Assembly (NCBI GenBank): GCA_022646745.1
Contig: CP060262.1
Location: 1,230,001 to 1,262,000, forward strand
Length of the DNA stretch: 32,000 nucleotides
Source: Planctomycetales bacterium
GTDB lineage: Bacteria; 4484-113; JAFGCY01
Reading direction: 5' to 3'
Positions 1-9,156 of this stretch are shown here, one piece after another. A program made the translations under genes and the position numbers. The notes beneath the pieces were generated by a model. The model saw only the letters and a program-made list of their open reading frames with translations. It was not told where the DNA came from and did no database searches. Position 1 is the first letter of the stretch, and each line of letters starts with the position of its first letter.

Positions 1-107
1 TAGCTGGGCGAAACTGCCGTGCAGTAGAAACTTAACGCCAAGTTAACCTGCAAGATCAGCAGTTTTCCACTGCCAAACAGCAATGAGACAGAACCCTTAG
101 CCCTGGA

Positions 108-1502
108 TCAGACCTTCTCGCGCTTGCGGCTGGCGACGTACATCAGGGCGGCCTCGAGGTCGCGGATGATGTCATTCGTCTCCTCGAGTCCGCAGCTCAG
201 GCGGATGCCTCCCGGCTCCACGCCGCCCTCGGCCTGCATCTCCGGGTCGAGCGCGCTGTGCGTCATGGAGCTGGGGTTCTCGATCAGGGTCTTGACCTGC
301 CCGAGTGAGACAGCGAGCGTGATCACGTAGCTGTTGTCAGCCGTCCAGTTGATCATCGCCTCGGCGTTGTCATTGCTGCCTGGCTCCTCCTTCAGGGTGA
401 AGTAGAGCAGGCTGCCGGGCATGAAGGCCCCGTCGAAGTTCGTCATCTGGCGGCGCGCCACGGCATGGTCCGGGTTGTCAGCGAGACCGGGGTAGCGCAC
501 CTTGGCAACCAGCGGATGGTCGCTCAGGTACTCCGCCACCTTCTGCGCGTTGTACTGCATCTGGCGCATCCGCACCGGCAGGGTCGGCAGGCCGTAGACC
601 AGCGGCGGCCAGGCGGCCTTCGGGCTGAGGCTGCCGCCGAAGTCCTTGCGGTACAGCTTGTACATCGGCTCCAGCTCCAGCGGGCAGAGCACAATGCCGC
701 CCATGTCGGTGCCGAAGCCGCCGATGCCCTTCGTCAGCGAATGCACCACCACGTCGACGCCGTGCTCGCGCGGACGCTGGCACAGCGGGGTGGCGAAGGT
801 GTTGTCACAGATCGAATAGATGCGCTCTTCCGGCGGGCGCTTCGCGTTCACCTCATCGAGCACGTCACTCATGCGGCGCAGGTCGATGATCTCCAGCGTC
901 GGGTTGACCGGGGTCTCGAGGTAGACAACGCGGGTCTCGGGGCGAATGGCCGCGCGCAGTTCATCCGGGTTGTCAGTGTCGATGAAGCTGACATTGATGC
1001 CGATGCGCGGGTACCAGTTCTTCAGCAGCGAGGTCGTGCAGCCGTAGAGGCACTTGTGCGCGATCACATGCTGGCCGGTGGTGACGAGCGAGGTGATTGC
1101 GGCTGAGATCGCCGCCATGCCGGTGGCGAAGCTGATGCCGACGGCGGCACGCTCGGCCTCGGCCAGGCGGTCCTCCAGCATCGAGCTGGTCGGCTCCTGC
1201 AGGCGGTCGTAGATCAGGATCTCCTGCTCAACGGCCTCAGTGGTGCCGAACTGGCAGAAGCCCTGAGCGCCGCGCTGGCCGCTGTCGAGGCGGTAGGTGG
1301 CGGAGGCGCTCATCGGCGGCACCACATGGTGCGAGTAGTCCCAGTGCGGGCTGACCATTTCGCCGTGGATGAAGCGCGAGCGCTGGGCGTAGCCCTGCTC
1401 GTAGCCCATGTCGTGGCCCTTGTTTCCATTGCTGCCGGCGCTGCCGGCGGGAGGCATGTGGCTGTCGTCGGAACCGGACATGCCGGTGTCATCCTTGCTC
1501 AT
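108..1502 (-). CDS. Cys/Met-metabolism PLP-dependent enzyme (cystathionine gamma-synthase / gamma-lyase / O-acylhomoserine sulfhydrylase family)
   Basis: 464-aa ORF. It has the family-typical PLP-lysine motif HSLTKGIGGFG and the DNTFATP motif. The first ~45 aa are a Gly/Ser/Asp-rich low-complexity extension, so the true start could be internal. A GGGG-type SD (ctggggtcttcgATG) precedes the annotated ATG. Confidence 0.85.
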   Translation of the reverse strand: MSKDDTGMSGSDDSHMPPAGSAGSNGNKGHDMGYEQGYAQRSRFIHGEMVSPHWDYSHHVVPPMSASATYRLDSGQRGAQGFCQFGTTEAVEQEILIYDRLQEPTSSMLEDRLAEAERAAVGISFATGMAAISAAITSLVTTGQHVIAHKCLYGCTTSLLKNWYPRIGINVSFIDTDNPDELRAAIRPETRVVYLETPVNPTLEIIDLRRMSDVLDEVNAKRPPEERIYSICDNTFATPLCQRPREHGVDVVVHSLTKGIGGFGTDMGGIVLCPLELEPMYKLYRKDFGGSLSPKAAWPPLVYGLPTLPVRMRQMQYNAQKVAEYLSDHPLVAKVRYPGLADNPDHAVARRQMTNFDGAFMPGSLLYFTLKEEPGSNDNAEAMINWTADNSYVITLAVSLGQVKTLIENPSSMTHSALDPEMQAEGGVEPGGIRLSCGLEETNDIIRDLEAALMYVASRKREKV

Positions 1503-1661
1503 CGAAGACCCCAGATCAGGAGATTGCGCGTCACTAGCAGTGTAGCAGAATGAGGGAACAGGGGGCAGGGAACGGGGAAAGGGGGAATTCTAGAATCTGA
1601 TGGCAGCAATTCCTAAAACCGTTAAACCTGAATGCAATTGACGTACAAATGTATAATTTCA

Positions 1662-2195
1662 ATGATGAGGAGACTGTGTTCATTTCTTTGTGTTGCATTT
1701 CTTGGTTTTGCTAGCATTTTCACGGGCTGCAAGGAGAATGATCAAGAACCACTGGACGTGATAGAAAGCTACAGCATTCCGAGGACCGATCTCTTATGGG
1801 GAGTTCTCAATAGCACGGACTATGTGCCATTCAAAGGTGAGTATCCTGAACATTGGCCAGCAGAAGTTACCATTCTAGATGATTCCATTGTCAATTTTGA
1901 TGGGCAAATTTCTGAAAAGAAACAGGATGATTCCCAATTCAACCTATATCTGATTGCAATGCTAACGCCCATGGATCGAAAGCATGTTGAAAAACACTAT
2001 GCAAAACAGTTTGGAAAGCTAGGATATAGGAAGCAGCGTGAAGAGAAAGTGCACCAGGGCTCCGGTACCTTCACTGCTCTTGAGTACCATACTTCGACAA
2101 GAGAGGAATATGCCAGAGTTGCCATATTCGATGTTCAAAGCCTACCTGGATATGTGTTCGTTATGGTACGTATTTGGTACAACCGAGCTGAATAA
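1662..2195 (+). CDS. hypothetical lipoprotein, low-GC gene
   Basis: The ORF track gives 1632-2195. The signal peptide MMRRLCSFLCVAFLGFASIFTGC (lipobox FTGC) begins at the tandem ATGs at 1662/1665. TATAAT at 1652-1657 lies 4 nt and 7 nt upstream of them. The gene is visibly AT-richer than both neighbours. No family recognised. Confidence 0.6.
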   Translation: MMRRLCSFLCVAFLGFASIFTGCKENDQEPLDVIESYSIPRTDLLWGVLNSTDYVPFKGEYPEHWPAEVTILDDSIVNFDGQISEKKQDDSQFNLYLIAMLTPMDRKHVEKHYAKQFGKLGYRKQREEKVHQGSGTFTALEYHTSTREEYARVAIFDVQSLPGYVFVMVRIWYNRAE

Positions 2196-2197
2196 AG

Positions 2198-3196
2198 TTA
2201 CTCCTGCTTCACCAGATACTCATCCCCCAGCCACTCGTGCAGTTCATCGCCCAGGCTGCCACTTATGCGTGAAATCAGTTCCTCGCCATGTTCGAGGAAG
2301 TGCGCCTTGTCCGCCTCGCTGACATAGCGCGGGCGATAGTCCGGCTTCAGCAGGCGCTTGGCGCGGGCCAGCAGGATGCCGCTGCCGGTACTGTCGCCGG
2401 AACCGCGCGGAGTGAGGATGTAGGCCTGGAACTCATTCACCATCAGGGTCTCGAAGGCCGGGTCGTAATTCAGGCTGGCCAATAGCGTTGAAAAGGCGCG
2501 ACGCTCGTCGGCACTCAGCCGTTGTTGCCAGAACTCCGTGCAGCGCCTTGCATACTCAGGCTCGGTAAAGAAGATCCCATGCAGCATTTCGTGGTACAGG
2601 GCGCCAGCCTCGTAGCTGCGATCCGCTTTGCCCTGCAGGTTGTTGGCACTGTCGCGCAGCGCAAGCCGCGTGGCAAAGGAGATCACCGCCTGCTCACCGC
2701 TTGCAGCAAACGGCGCGGCATCGCGCGGCAGTTCCTCTCCTTCTGCTGGCAACTGTGCCACCAGCAAGCCCGCCCCGACCAGCACTTCCGCCACACGCTG
2801 CTCCTCGTCATACAAGGGCTCGCCACTCTGCCACAGCGCATTGTAGAAGGCCGCGAGGTCCTCCGTGTCATAGTCATGCGCGCCGAACAGCCCTTCCAGC
2901 GTGGCACCCTGCCCACTGAACCAGGCCTCCAGCTCGGACTGCGTCATGATCCGCCCGCGCGAGGCCGCCATCTCCTGCCACATTGCCATCCGTGAGAATG
3001 CGCGGCTCTGGTAGAGGTAGGTGTCGAAGTGGATCACGTAGACATCGGGGAAGGCATCCCAGCGGTAGAGCGTGAAGGATTCGCGCGGGGCTTCGGAAGC
3101 GATCATCTCCGCGAAGCCGGCCTCGGGGATGGCATGCGCCGGCCGCACTGCCAGCAGGCTGGCAAGCAAGATGCAGGTGATCGCGGCGAGGCGCAT
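2198..3196 (-). CDS. secreted hypothetical protein with HExxH motif (possible zinc metallopeptidase-like)
   Basis: The ORF track gives 2198-3241. The internal Met at 3196 starts a classic Sec signal, MRLAAITCILLASLLAVRPAHA. An HEMLH (HExxH) motif lies in the C-terminal half. The extension upstream of 3196 is just the translation of a heptamer repeat. Confidence 0.6.
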   Translation of the reverse strand: MRLAAITCILLASLLAVRPAHAIPEAGFAEMIASEAPRESFTLYRWDAFPDVYVIHFDTYLYQSRAFSRMAMWQEMAASRGRIMTQSELEAWFSGQGATLEGLFGAHDYDTEDLAAFYNALWQSGEPLYDEEQRVAEVLVGAGLLVAQLPAEGEELPRDAAPFAASGEQAVISFATRLALRDSANNLQGKADRSYEAGALYHEMLHGIFFTEPEYARRCTEFWQQRLSADERRAFSTLLASLNYDPAFETLMVNEFQAYILTPRGSGDSTGSGILLARAKRLLKPDYRPRYVSEADKAHFLEHGEELISRISGSLGDELHEWLGDEYLVKQE

Positions 3197-3207
3197 TGGA
3201 TTAGAAT

Positions 3208-3248
3208 AGCAATGAGCAATGAAGACTGAGCAATGAGTCAATGCAATG
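3208..3248. repeat. imperfect heptanucleotide tandem repeat (AGCAATG)n, about 6 units
   Basis: Read directly as agcaatg agcaatg aagactg agcaatg agtcaat gcaatg. Two inverted copies (cattgct) lie at 3277-3283 and 3298-3304. Confidence 0.7.
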
Positions 3249-3296
3249 TCGAAGTAACTTCAGAACTAATCAGGCTCATTGCTCATTCTTCCCCAT

Positions 3297-4571
3297 TCAT
3301 TGCTCAAACACCCTCAGTATTTCCCCCATTGAATAGATGCTGCCACAAATTGCCAGCGGGGCCTCCGCACTGGCGGACTTGAGCGCATGCTCGACGGATT
3401 CAATCCAGTGGGTGCGGTTGTCAGGCGGGTCCAGTTCGGTGATGTGCCCGACCTCATACTCCTGCGGCACCTGGGACAGCTCAAAGCCTTCCGGCAGTGA
3501 GAGCGGGATGCTGAGCTGGGTGGCTGCATCCGCGATCCGGCCCACCGGGCAGGGACGCAGTACCGGAATCTCCACGGGGGTCAGGCTGGCCATCACCGGC
3601 CTGAGGATCTCCAGCATTTCAAGCGGCTCACGCGTTGCCTGGCAGGAGAAGATGAATGGCAGCGGGCCGGGATAGTTTGCCGCGATATGCCTTGCCAGCA
3701 TCTGCAGCGCGTCGGCATTGTGCGCACTGTCAAGCAGCACCGGATGTCCGTGCAGCTCGCGGCACTCCAGCCGCCCGGGATGGCGCATCGTACGCACGGC
3801 CTCGAACAGCTCCTCCTCGTCCAGTCCGAAGCCCAGCGCTTCCAGCTCATGGTTGACAGCGAGCATCAGGGCCGGCAGCAGGTCGGCAGACTGCTGTTCC
3901 TTCGGCAGCGCGATGTAGCGCGCCTCAACGGCGTGCGCATGCATCCTGGCAACCGGTTCGTAGCGGCTGTAAGCTGTCTCATTGCCAGCCAGGCAGGGCC
4001 CGAGGATGAAGGGCCGTCGCGCTCGCGCGATGCCGACCTTGTCAGCGGCGATCAGCTCCACCGTGTCACCGAGGATCGCCTGGTGATCCAGGCCGACATG
4101 CGTCAGCACCGAAACCTGCGGGTCCAGCAGGTTGCAGGCATCATGCGTGCCACCCAGCCCGACCTCCCAGATCGCGATTTCGCAGCCCTCGCGCTCGAAC
4201 AGCAGCGCGCCGAGCAGCACATTGGCCTCGAAGAAGCTGATCTCCTCGCCGCTCTGCTCAATCAGGTCGCAGGCTGCGTTGGCAGCCCAGCTGAACTGCT
4301 CCTCGGAAATGTCTGTATCATCGATGCGCCAGCGCTCACGGATGCTGACGAGGTGCGGCTTGACGAAGGCGGCGGTCCTCCAGCGCGTTGACAGCGCGCG
4401 GCTCAGGGCGCAGACGAGGCTGCCCTTGCCATTGGTCCCGCCGACCAGCACGACCGGGCAGCTGCGCTCCGGATTGCCGGCCAGTGCCAGCACGCGTTCC
4501 AGCCGGTCACGGCCGAATACCATCCGCCCGGGCCCGAGCTCATACAGCCTGCGCAGTGCCTGTTCGTACAC
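3297..4571 (-). CDS. folC: folylpolyglutamate synthase / dihydrofolate synthase (Mur-ligase family)
   Basis: 424-aa ORF with the Mur-ligase P-loop VVLVGGTNGKGS about 45 aa from the N-terminus and the C-terminal DSAHNADA motif. GTG start at 4569-4571. Confidence 0.85.
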   Translation of the reverse strand: MYEQALRRLYELGPGRMVFGRDRLERVLALAGNPERSCPVVLVGGTNGKGSLVCALSRALSTRWRTAAFVKPHLVSIRERWRIDDTDISEEQFSWAANAACDLIEQSGEEISFFEANVLLGALLFEREGCEIAIWEVGLGGTHDACNLLDPQVSVLTHVGLDHQAILGDTVELIAADKVGIARARRPFILGPCLAGNETAYSRYEPVARMHAHAVEARYIALPKEQQSADLLPALMLAVNHELEALGFGLDEEELFEAVRTMRHPGRLECRELHGHPVLLDSAHNADALQMLARHIAANYPGPLPFIFSCQATREPLEMLEILRPVMASLTPVEIPVLRPCPVGRIADAATQLSIPLSLPEGFELSQVPQEYEVGHITELDPPDNRTHWIESVEHALKSASAEAPLAICGSIYSMGEILRVFEQ

Positions 4572-4577
4572 GGCGAA

Positions 4578-4583
4578 ACTCTA
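4578..4583 (-). promoter_or_regulatory. -10-like hexamer TAGAGT exactly 6 nt upstream of the folC GTG (leaderless-type arrangement)
   Basis: The minus strand reads cgggtgcTAGAGTttcgccGTG. The 6-nt gap contains no SD. Confidence 0.4.
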
Positions 4584-4593
4584 GCACCCGCAG

Positions 4594-6801
4594 CTACTCA
4601 AACGGTATGTTGCCACGGATCGCATAGACCTTCTGCGTGATCTTGTCAGCCAGCACGAATACCGGCTGCTCATTGAGCACCTTCAGGTCGGCCTTCTCGT
4701 AGGCGTCTATCTCGCCGATCTTCATCAGCTGGGTTTCCCACTCGCCGCTGCTGCGCAGCACTGAGCAGTACCAGTCCCGTGTGCGGTCCCCCATGTAGAC
4801 GCAGACCACGCCACCACGGAAGGGCTCCATGCGAACGTTGCGCCCGGTGCGGTAGCCCTCCTGCTTGTAGATAAGCTGACTGTCCCAGTTCTCGCCGCCA
4901 TTGTCCTCGAGGAAGTACAGCGCTTCCTCTGCCCCGTGATAGCCCGGTGTCACCCATTTATCACCCATCCGCTCAAGGTCGGTGTAGATCCCGAAGGTGG
5001 TACCGGGCGGGTTGTCAGTCACCTGAGTGAAGCCGTCTGACTCATTCCAGATGTAGAGCTGGCGGTCAACATAGTCAAAGCAGCTGCCCCAGAGTTTGCC
5101 ATCCAGCACCTCCAGGTCGAACTCAATCGGGATCGTCTCCGGCTGGTGGCGGATCTCCTGCTTGACCCAGGGCTTGTCCGCACCGAAGGCGCGGGTGTAC
5201 AGGCAGTACTGCTGGAGTTCCCAGTCATTGCCGGTTGCGTTATAGCCATTGTCACTGATAGCAACCTGGCCATAGAGGCCGGCGCTGGCAACGTCGAAAA
5301 TCCCATATGCCGTGCCAATGTCAATCCGTTCCACCGTCCAGCCCACGCCCGGTGCCCCGATCGCGGCATAGTAGTCGTTGCCTGCCACTGTGACTGATGC
5401 AATCAGGTAGGTCCCACCGGCATAGTCAATGTCCAGCACACCCGTAAATCCCCCGCCCGGCAGTTCTGCGCCGGTATTTGGATCCTGAAATGTCTCGGTC
5501 ATGTCAAGATCCGTGCTTTCAACGGTCCAGGGCTGGCCCTGGCCGCTGTTGAGAGCGACCTGCACTACGTGGTCCTTGATGTACGAGGCGCAGATCTGGC
5601 CATCGGCGATCACACAGCTGACCGGCTCCTTGCCGTCGCCAACCTCCTCCGCATCGAACCACTCCCATTCGTCTCCTGTCAGGCAGGGCAATGCATCCGT
5701 CATCTGGCCCTGCAGGCCGCTGCTGTCACGCGCGCACATCCGGATGAAGTACAGCCGCCCGACCTCCAGCCCGCTGTACTTGTACTGCCGCGCTCCACCC
5801 TGCGGGATGGTCTTCTTCTCGGTCGGCGGTTCCAGGTTGAAGTCGGCGGAGTGAGACAGGTAGACGTTCCAGCTCTGGGGACTCGTGCCTTCCCAGTCCC
5901 AGGCGAACTCAATGAAGTCGTCACCGCTGTCAACCAGGCGCAGGTTGGTCGGGGCCGGCAGCTCGCCCGCCGGCACGTAGACGCTGATGTATCCGCTGTA
6001 TGCACTTTCAATGGCGGCAAGCGCGGTCACGCGGTAGAAGTACATCTCACCGTTGACGAGGAAAGAGTCTGAGTATTCACTGCTCTCCAGCGGCTCTGCA
6101 TTGAGTTTCAGCTGGTTCTCGAACTTCTTGTCATAGTCACGGTATACGTTGTAGCCAGTTGCGCCGGGCACATCCTGCCAGTCCAGGCTGACGAGGCCGG
6201 GGCTGCCTGTGCCTGATAATCCGGAGGGTGCCTCGAGATCAGTGGCACCCAGCCTGCCGAAGGTCAGCGAGTAGAGCTTGGCATTGCCATCCGCATGGCG
6301 CAGTACTGCGACATAGCAGATCCCGCTGTCGGAGTAGTACTTGCCTCCGGCGGGGAATTCGTAGCTGAAGTCATCCTTGCCGGCGTCCACGAAGTCCCAG
6401 TGCCCGGTGCTGAAGTCCGCGACGGCAAGGTAGATCCGGCAGGGCTGGCCAGGCTCCGTGTAGAACGATGCGAACACACTGCCGGGAGTTACCTGTCCGA
6501 AACCGCCCAGCGCATAGATCCCCCATGCCTGCTCCGGCCCATTCAGCTCAAGTGTGCTGCCAATTTCCACAGCATTGTCACTCTTCTCACTCCACTGGTG
6601 CCCCTGCAGGGTGACGGTGTCATTGCTGATGAAGCGCTCGACCTGCTGATCAAGTGATGAAAGGGCTGGCAGAGTATCCGTATCCGCCAATGCCTGCGGG
6701 TAGGACACAGGGCTGCCGGGATCATATGTGGTCTGCAGCCCATCGGAGCCGCCGCAAGAGGCACAGAGCAACACAATTACCAATACCAGTTTTCTCAGCA
6801 T
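4594..6801 (-). CDS. large surface lipoprotein, paralog 1 of 4 (N-terminal module, two FN3-like modules, C-terminal propeller-like module)
   Basis: The ORF track gives 4594-6813. The start is placed at MLRKLVLVIVLLCASCGG (signal plus Cys lipobox), preceded by ttgggggtttgcATG. FN3-like signatures: LDWQDVPGATGYNVYR...YFYRVTA and APTNLR...FAWDWEG...LYFIRM. Confidence 0.8.
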   Translation of the reverse strand: MLRKLVLVIVLLCASCGGSDGLQTTYDPGSPVSYPQALADTDTLPALSSLDQQVERFISNDTVTLQGHQWSEKSDNAVEIGSTLELNGPEQAWGIYALGGFGQVTPGSVFASFYTEPGQPCRIYLAVADFSTGHWDFVDAGKDDFSYEFPAGGKYYSDSGICYVAVLRHADGNAKLYSLTFGRLGATDLEAPSGLSGTGSPGLVSLDWQDVPGATGYNVYRDYDKKFENQLKLNAEPLESSEYSDSFLVNGEMYFYRVTALAAIESAYSGYISVYVPAGELPAPTNLRLVDSGDDFIEFAWDWEGTSPQSWNVYLSHSADFNLEPPTEKKTIPQGGARQYKYSGLEVGRLYFIRMCARDSSGLQGQMTDALPCLTGDEWEWFDAEEVGDGKEPVSCVIADGQICASYIKDHVVQVALNSGQGQPWTVESTDLDMTETFQDPNTGAELPGGGFTGVLDIDYAGGTYLIASVTVAGNDYYAAIGAPGVGWTVERIDIGTAYGIFDVASAGLYGQVAISDNGYNATGNDWELQQYCLYTRAFGADKPWVKQEIRHQPETIPIEFDLEVLDGKLWGSCFDYVDRQLYIWNESDGFTQVTDNPPGTTFGIYTDLERMGDKWVTPGYHGAEEALYFLEDNGGENWDSQLIYKQEGYRTGRNVRMEPFRGGVVCVYMGDRTRDWYCSVLRSSGEWETQLMKIGEIDAYEKADLKVLNEQPVFVLADKITQKVYAIRGNIPFE

Positions 6802-6875
6802 GCAAACCCCCAAATCTGCTGAATGCAGTTCAAACCTGGATCACTGATCGCGCGAAGCGCTACTATCCCTCCAAC

Positions 6876-9086
6876 TCATGCCTGCGGGATGTTGCCACGG
6901 ATCGCATAGACCTTCTTCGTGATCCTGTCAGCCACGATCAGCACCGGCTTGTCATTCAGGATCTTCAGGTCCGCGCGTTCGTAGGCATCGATCTCCCCGA
7001 TCTTCATCAGCTGTGTTTCCCATTCACCGTTGCCACGCATCACGGAGCAGTACCAGTCGTGGATCCCGCCGCCCATGTAGACGCAGACCAGGCCGTCGCG
7101 GAAGCGCTCCATCCGGCAGCCCTTGCCGGTCTTGTAGTCCTCGCTGTCGGTGACAAGGTATTGGTCCCAGTATTCATTTCCCTTGTCCTCCATCAGCACC
7201 AGGTTGCGGTTGTAACCGTCGTAGGCAATGATTCCCCAGTGGTCCCCGAGCCATTCCATGTCGCTGTACTGCAGGCCGTAGCTCCAGCCCTCCGGGTTGT
7301 CAGTGACCTGCGTGAACTCGTCGAGGTCCTCGCTCCACAGCAGCAGCTGGCCCGCATCGTAGTCAAATGTGCTGGCGAACAGGCTGCCGTCCCGGGCCTC
7401 GAAGTCCGCCTCACAGGGCCAGCCCTCCGGCAGGCCGAAGAAGTCGTGCTTCTGCCAGGGCTTGTCCTTGCCGAATGGCCGGGTGTACCACTTCTGCCCA
7501 CCACCGTAGAAGTCCACGCCGCTGGCGTTGTAGCCGTTGTCGGAAATGGCAACCTGGCAGAACAGCCCGGCGGCCGGCTGCTGGAAGCCCCCGCCGGTAC
7601 CCTCGTCAATCAGTTCCACATCCCAGCCTACCTCGGGTGCGCCGATCGCGGCATAGTAGTCCAGGCTCTGGGCCGTGACTGATGTGATCAGGTAAGTGCC
7701 GTCGCGGTAGTCAATGTCGAGGTGCTTCTCGAAACCGCCGGCGGAGAAGTATTCGCCGACGTAGTCATTCCAGTACAGGATGCTTTCATCAAGGGCCGTG
7801 CTTTCCACCACCCAGGGTTCGCCCACGCCGTTGTTGCGGGCCACATGCACCACATTGTCAAGGAAATAAGCCGCACAGATCTGGTCGTCCGCGATCACGG
7901 CGGAAATCGGCTCAGTGCCGTCGCCAATCTCCTCCACGTCGTACCATTCCCACTGGTCGCCGGTCAGGCAGGGCAGCGCATCCGTCATGCGGCCCAGCGC
8001 GCCGTTGCTGTCCTTGGCGGCCACGCGCACGAAGTACAGCCGGCCAGGGTCCAGGTTGCTGAACTTGTACTGGCGTGCGCCACCCTGCGGGATGTTCTTC
8101 TTGATGGTCGGCGGCTCGAGGTTGAAGTCCGGCGCGTTGGCAAGGTAGACCACCCAGCTGTTTGGGCTTGGCCCTTCCCAGTCCCAGGCGATTTCAACGT
8201 GGAAGTCCCCGACATCGATGACACGCAAGTTCTGTGGCGCCGGCAGGTCGGCCGCCGGGACATACACGTTCACTGCATTGCTGTAAGCGGATTCGATCGC
8301 GGCAATGGATGTAACGCGGTAGAAGTACATCTCGCCGTTCACCAGCCAGCTGTCCTCATAGCCTGCGCTTGCCAGCGGCTCTTCATTGAGCTTGACCTGG
8401 TCAGCGAACTTGCGGTCGTAGGCGCGATAGACGTTGTAGCCGACGGCATTGTCAACCGGTTGCCAGCTCAGGTGCACGATGCCCGGATCCGCGCTGGCCA
8501 CCAGGTTGGCAGGTGGCTCGAGGTCAGTATCGCCCAGCCTGCCGATTGTCAGCGAATACAGCTTGGCCGCGCCCTCACCGTGACGCAGCACCGTCAAATA
8601 ACAGACGCCGGAGTCGGAGTAGTACTTGCCACCTGCCGGGAACTGGAAACTGAAGTCATCCTTGCCGGCATCGGCGAATACCCAGTGTCCAGTGTTGAAA
8701 TCAGCCACCGCCAGGTAGATGTGGCAGGCTTCGTCCGGGTCGGTGTAAAACGAGGCGAATGCACTGCCGGGAGTGACCTGGCCGAAGCCGCCAAGCGCGT
8801 AGATGCCCCAGGCCGTGTCGCCGCCGTTCAGCTCCAGTGTGGTGCCGACTTCCTCAGCAGTTTCACTCTTTTCCGTCCAGTCGCGGCCCAGCAGCTTGAC
8901 TGAGTCATCACTGATGCTGCGCTCCACGGAATCCGCAAGCACTGACAATGCGGGAAGTGAATCCGCAGCAGCCAGCTGCTGCTGGACTTCCACGGGATCA
9001 GCAGGATCCTGCACGGAGGCGGGTCCCCCGGATCCCGCGCAGGATGCACACAGCAGCGCTGCTGCCAGTATCAGTTTCCTCAACAT
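6876..9086 (-). CDS. large surface lipoprotein, paralog 2 of 4
   Basis: The ORF track gives 6876-9236. The start is placed at the internal Met (9086) of MLRKLILAAALLCASCAGSGG, preceded by the same cttgggggtttgcATG context as paralog 1. Collinear with paralogs 1 and 3. Confidence 0.8.
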   Translation of the reverse strand: MLRKLILAAALLCASCAGSGGPASVQDPADPVEVQQQLAAADSLPALSVLADSVERSISDDSVKLLGRDWTEKSETAEEVGTTLELNGGDTAWGIYALGGFGQVTPGSAFASFYTDPDEACHIYLAVADFNTGHWVFADAGKDDFSFQFPAGGKYYSDSGVCYLTVLRHGEGAAKLYSLTIGRLGDTDLEPPANLVASADPGIVHLSWQPVDNAVGYNVYRAYDRKFADQVKLNEEPLASAGYEDSWLVNGEMYFYRVTSIAAIESAYSNAVNVYVPAADLPAPQNLRVIDVGDFHVEIAWDWEGPSPNSWVVYLANAPDFNLEPPTIKKNIPQGGARQYKFSNLDPGRLYFVRVAAKDSNGALGRMTDALPCLTGDQWEWYDVEEIGDGTEPISAVIADDQICAAYFLDNVVHVARNNGVGEPWVVESTALDESILYWNDYVGEYFSAGGFEKHLDIDYRDGTYLITSVTAQSLDYYAAIGAPEVGWDVELIDEGTGGGFQQPAAGLFCQVAISDNGYNASGVDFYGGGQKWYTRPFGKDKPWQKHDFFGLPEGWPCEADFEARDGSLFASTFDYDAGQLLLWSEDLDEFTQVTDNPEGWSYGLQYSDMEWLGDHWGIIAYDGYNRNLVLMEDKGNEYWDQYLVTDSEDYKTGKGCRMERFRDGLVCVYMGGGIHDWYCSVMRGNGEWETQLMKIGEIDAYERADLKILNDKPVLIVADRITKKVYAIRGNIPQA

Positions 9087-9156
9087 GCAAACCCCCAAGT
9101 CTGCCGGTTGCGTATCCGTCCAGTCTCCAGCCGTGGAAGGCCCAGCCCGGCCATTC

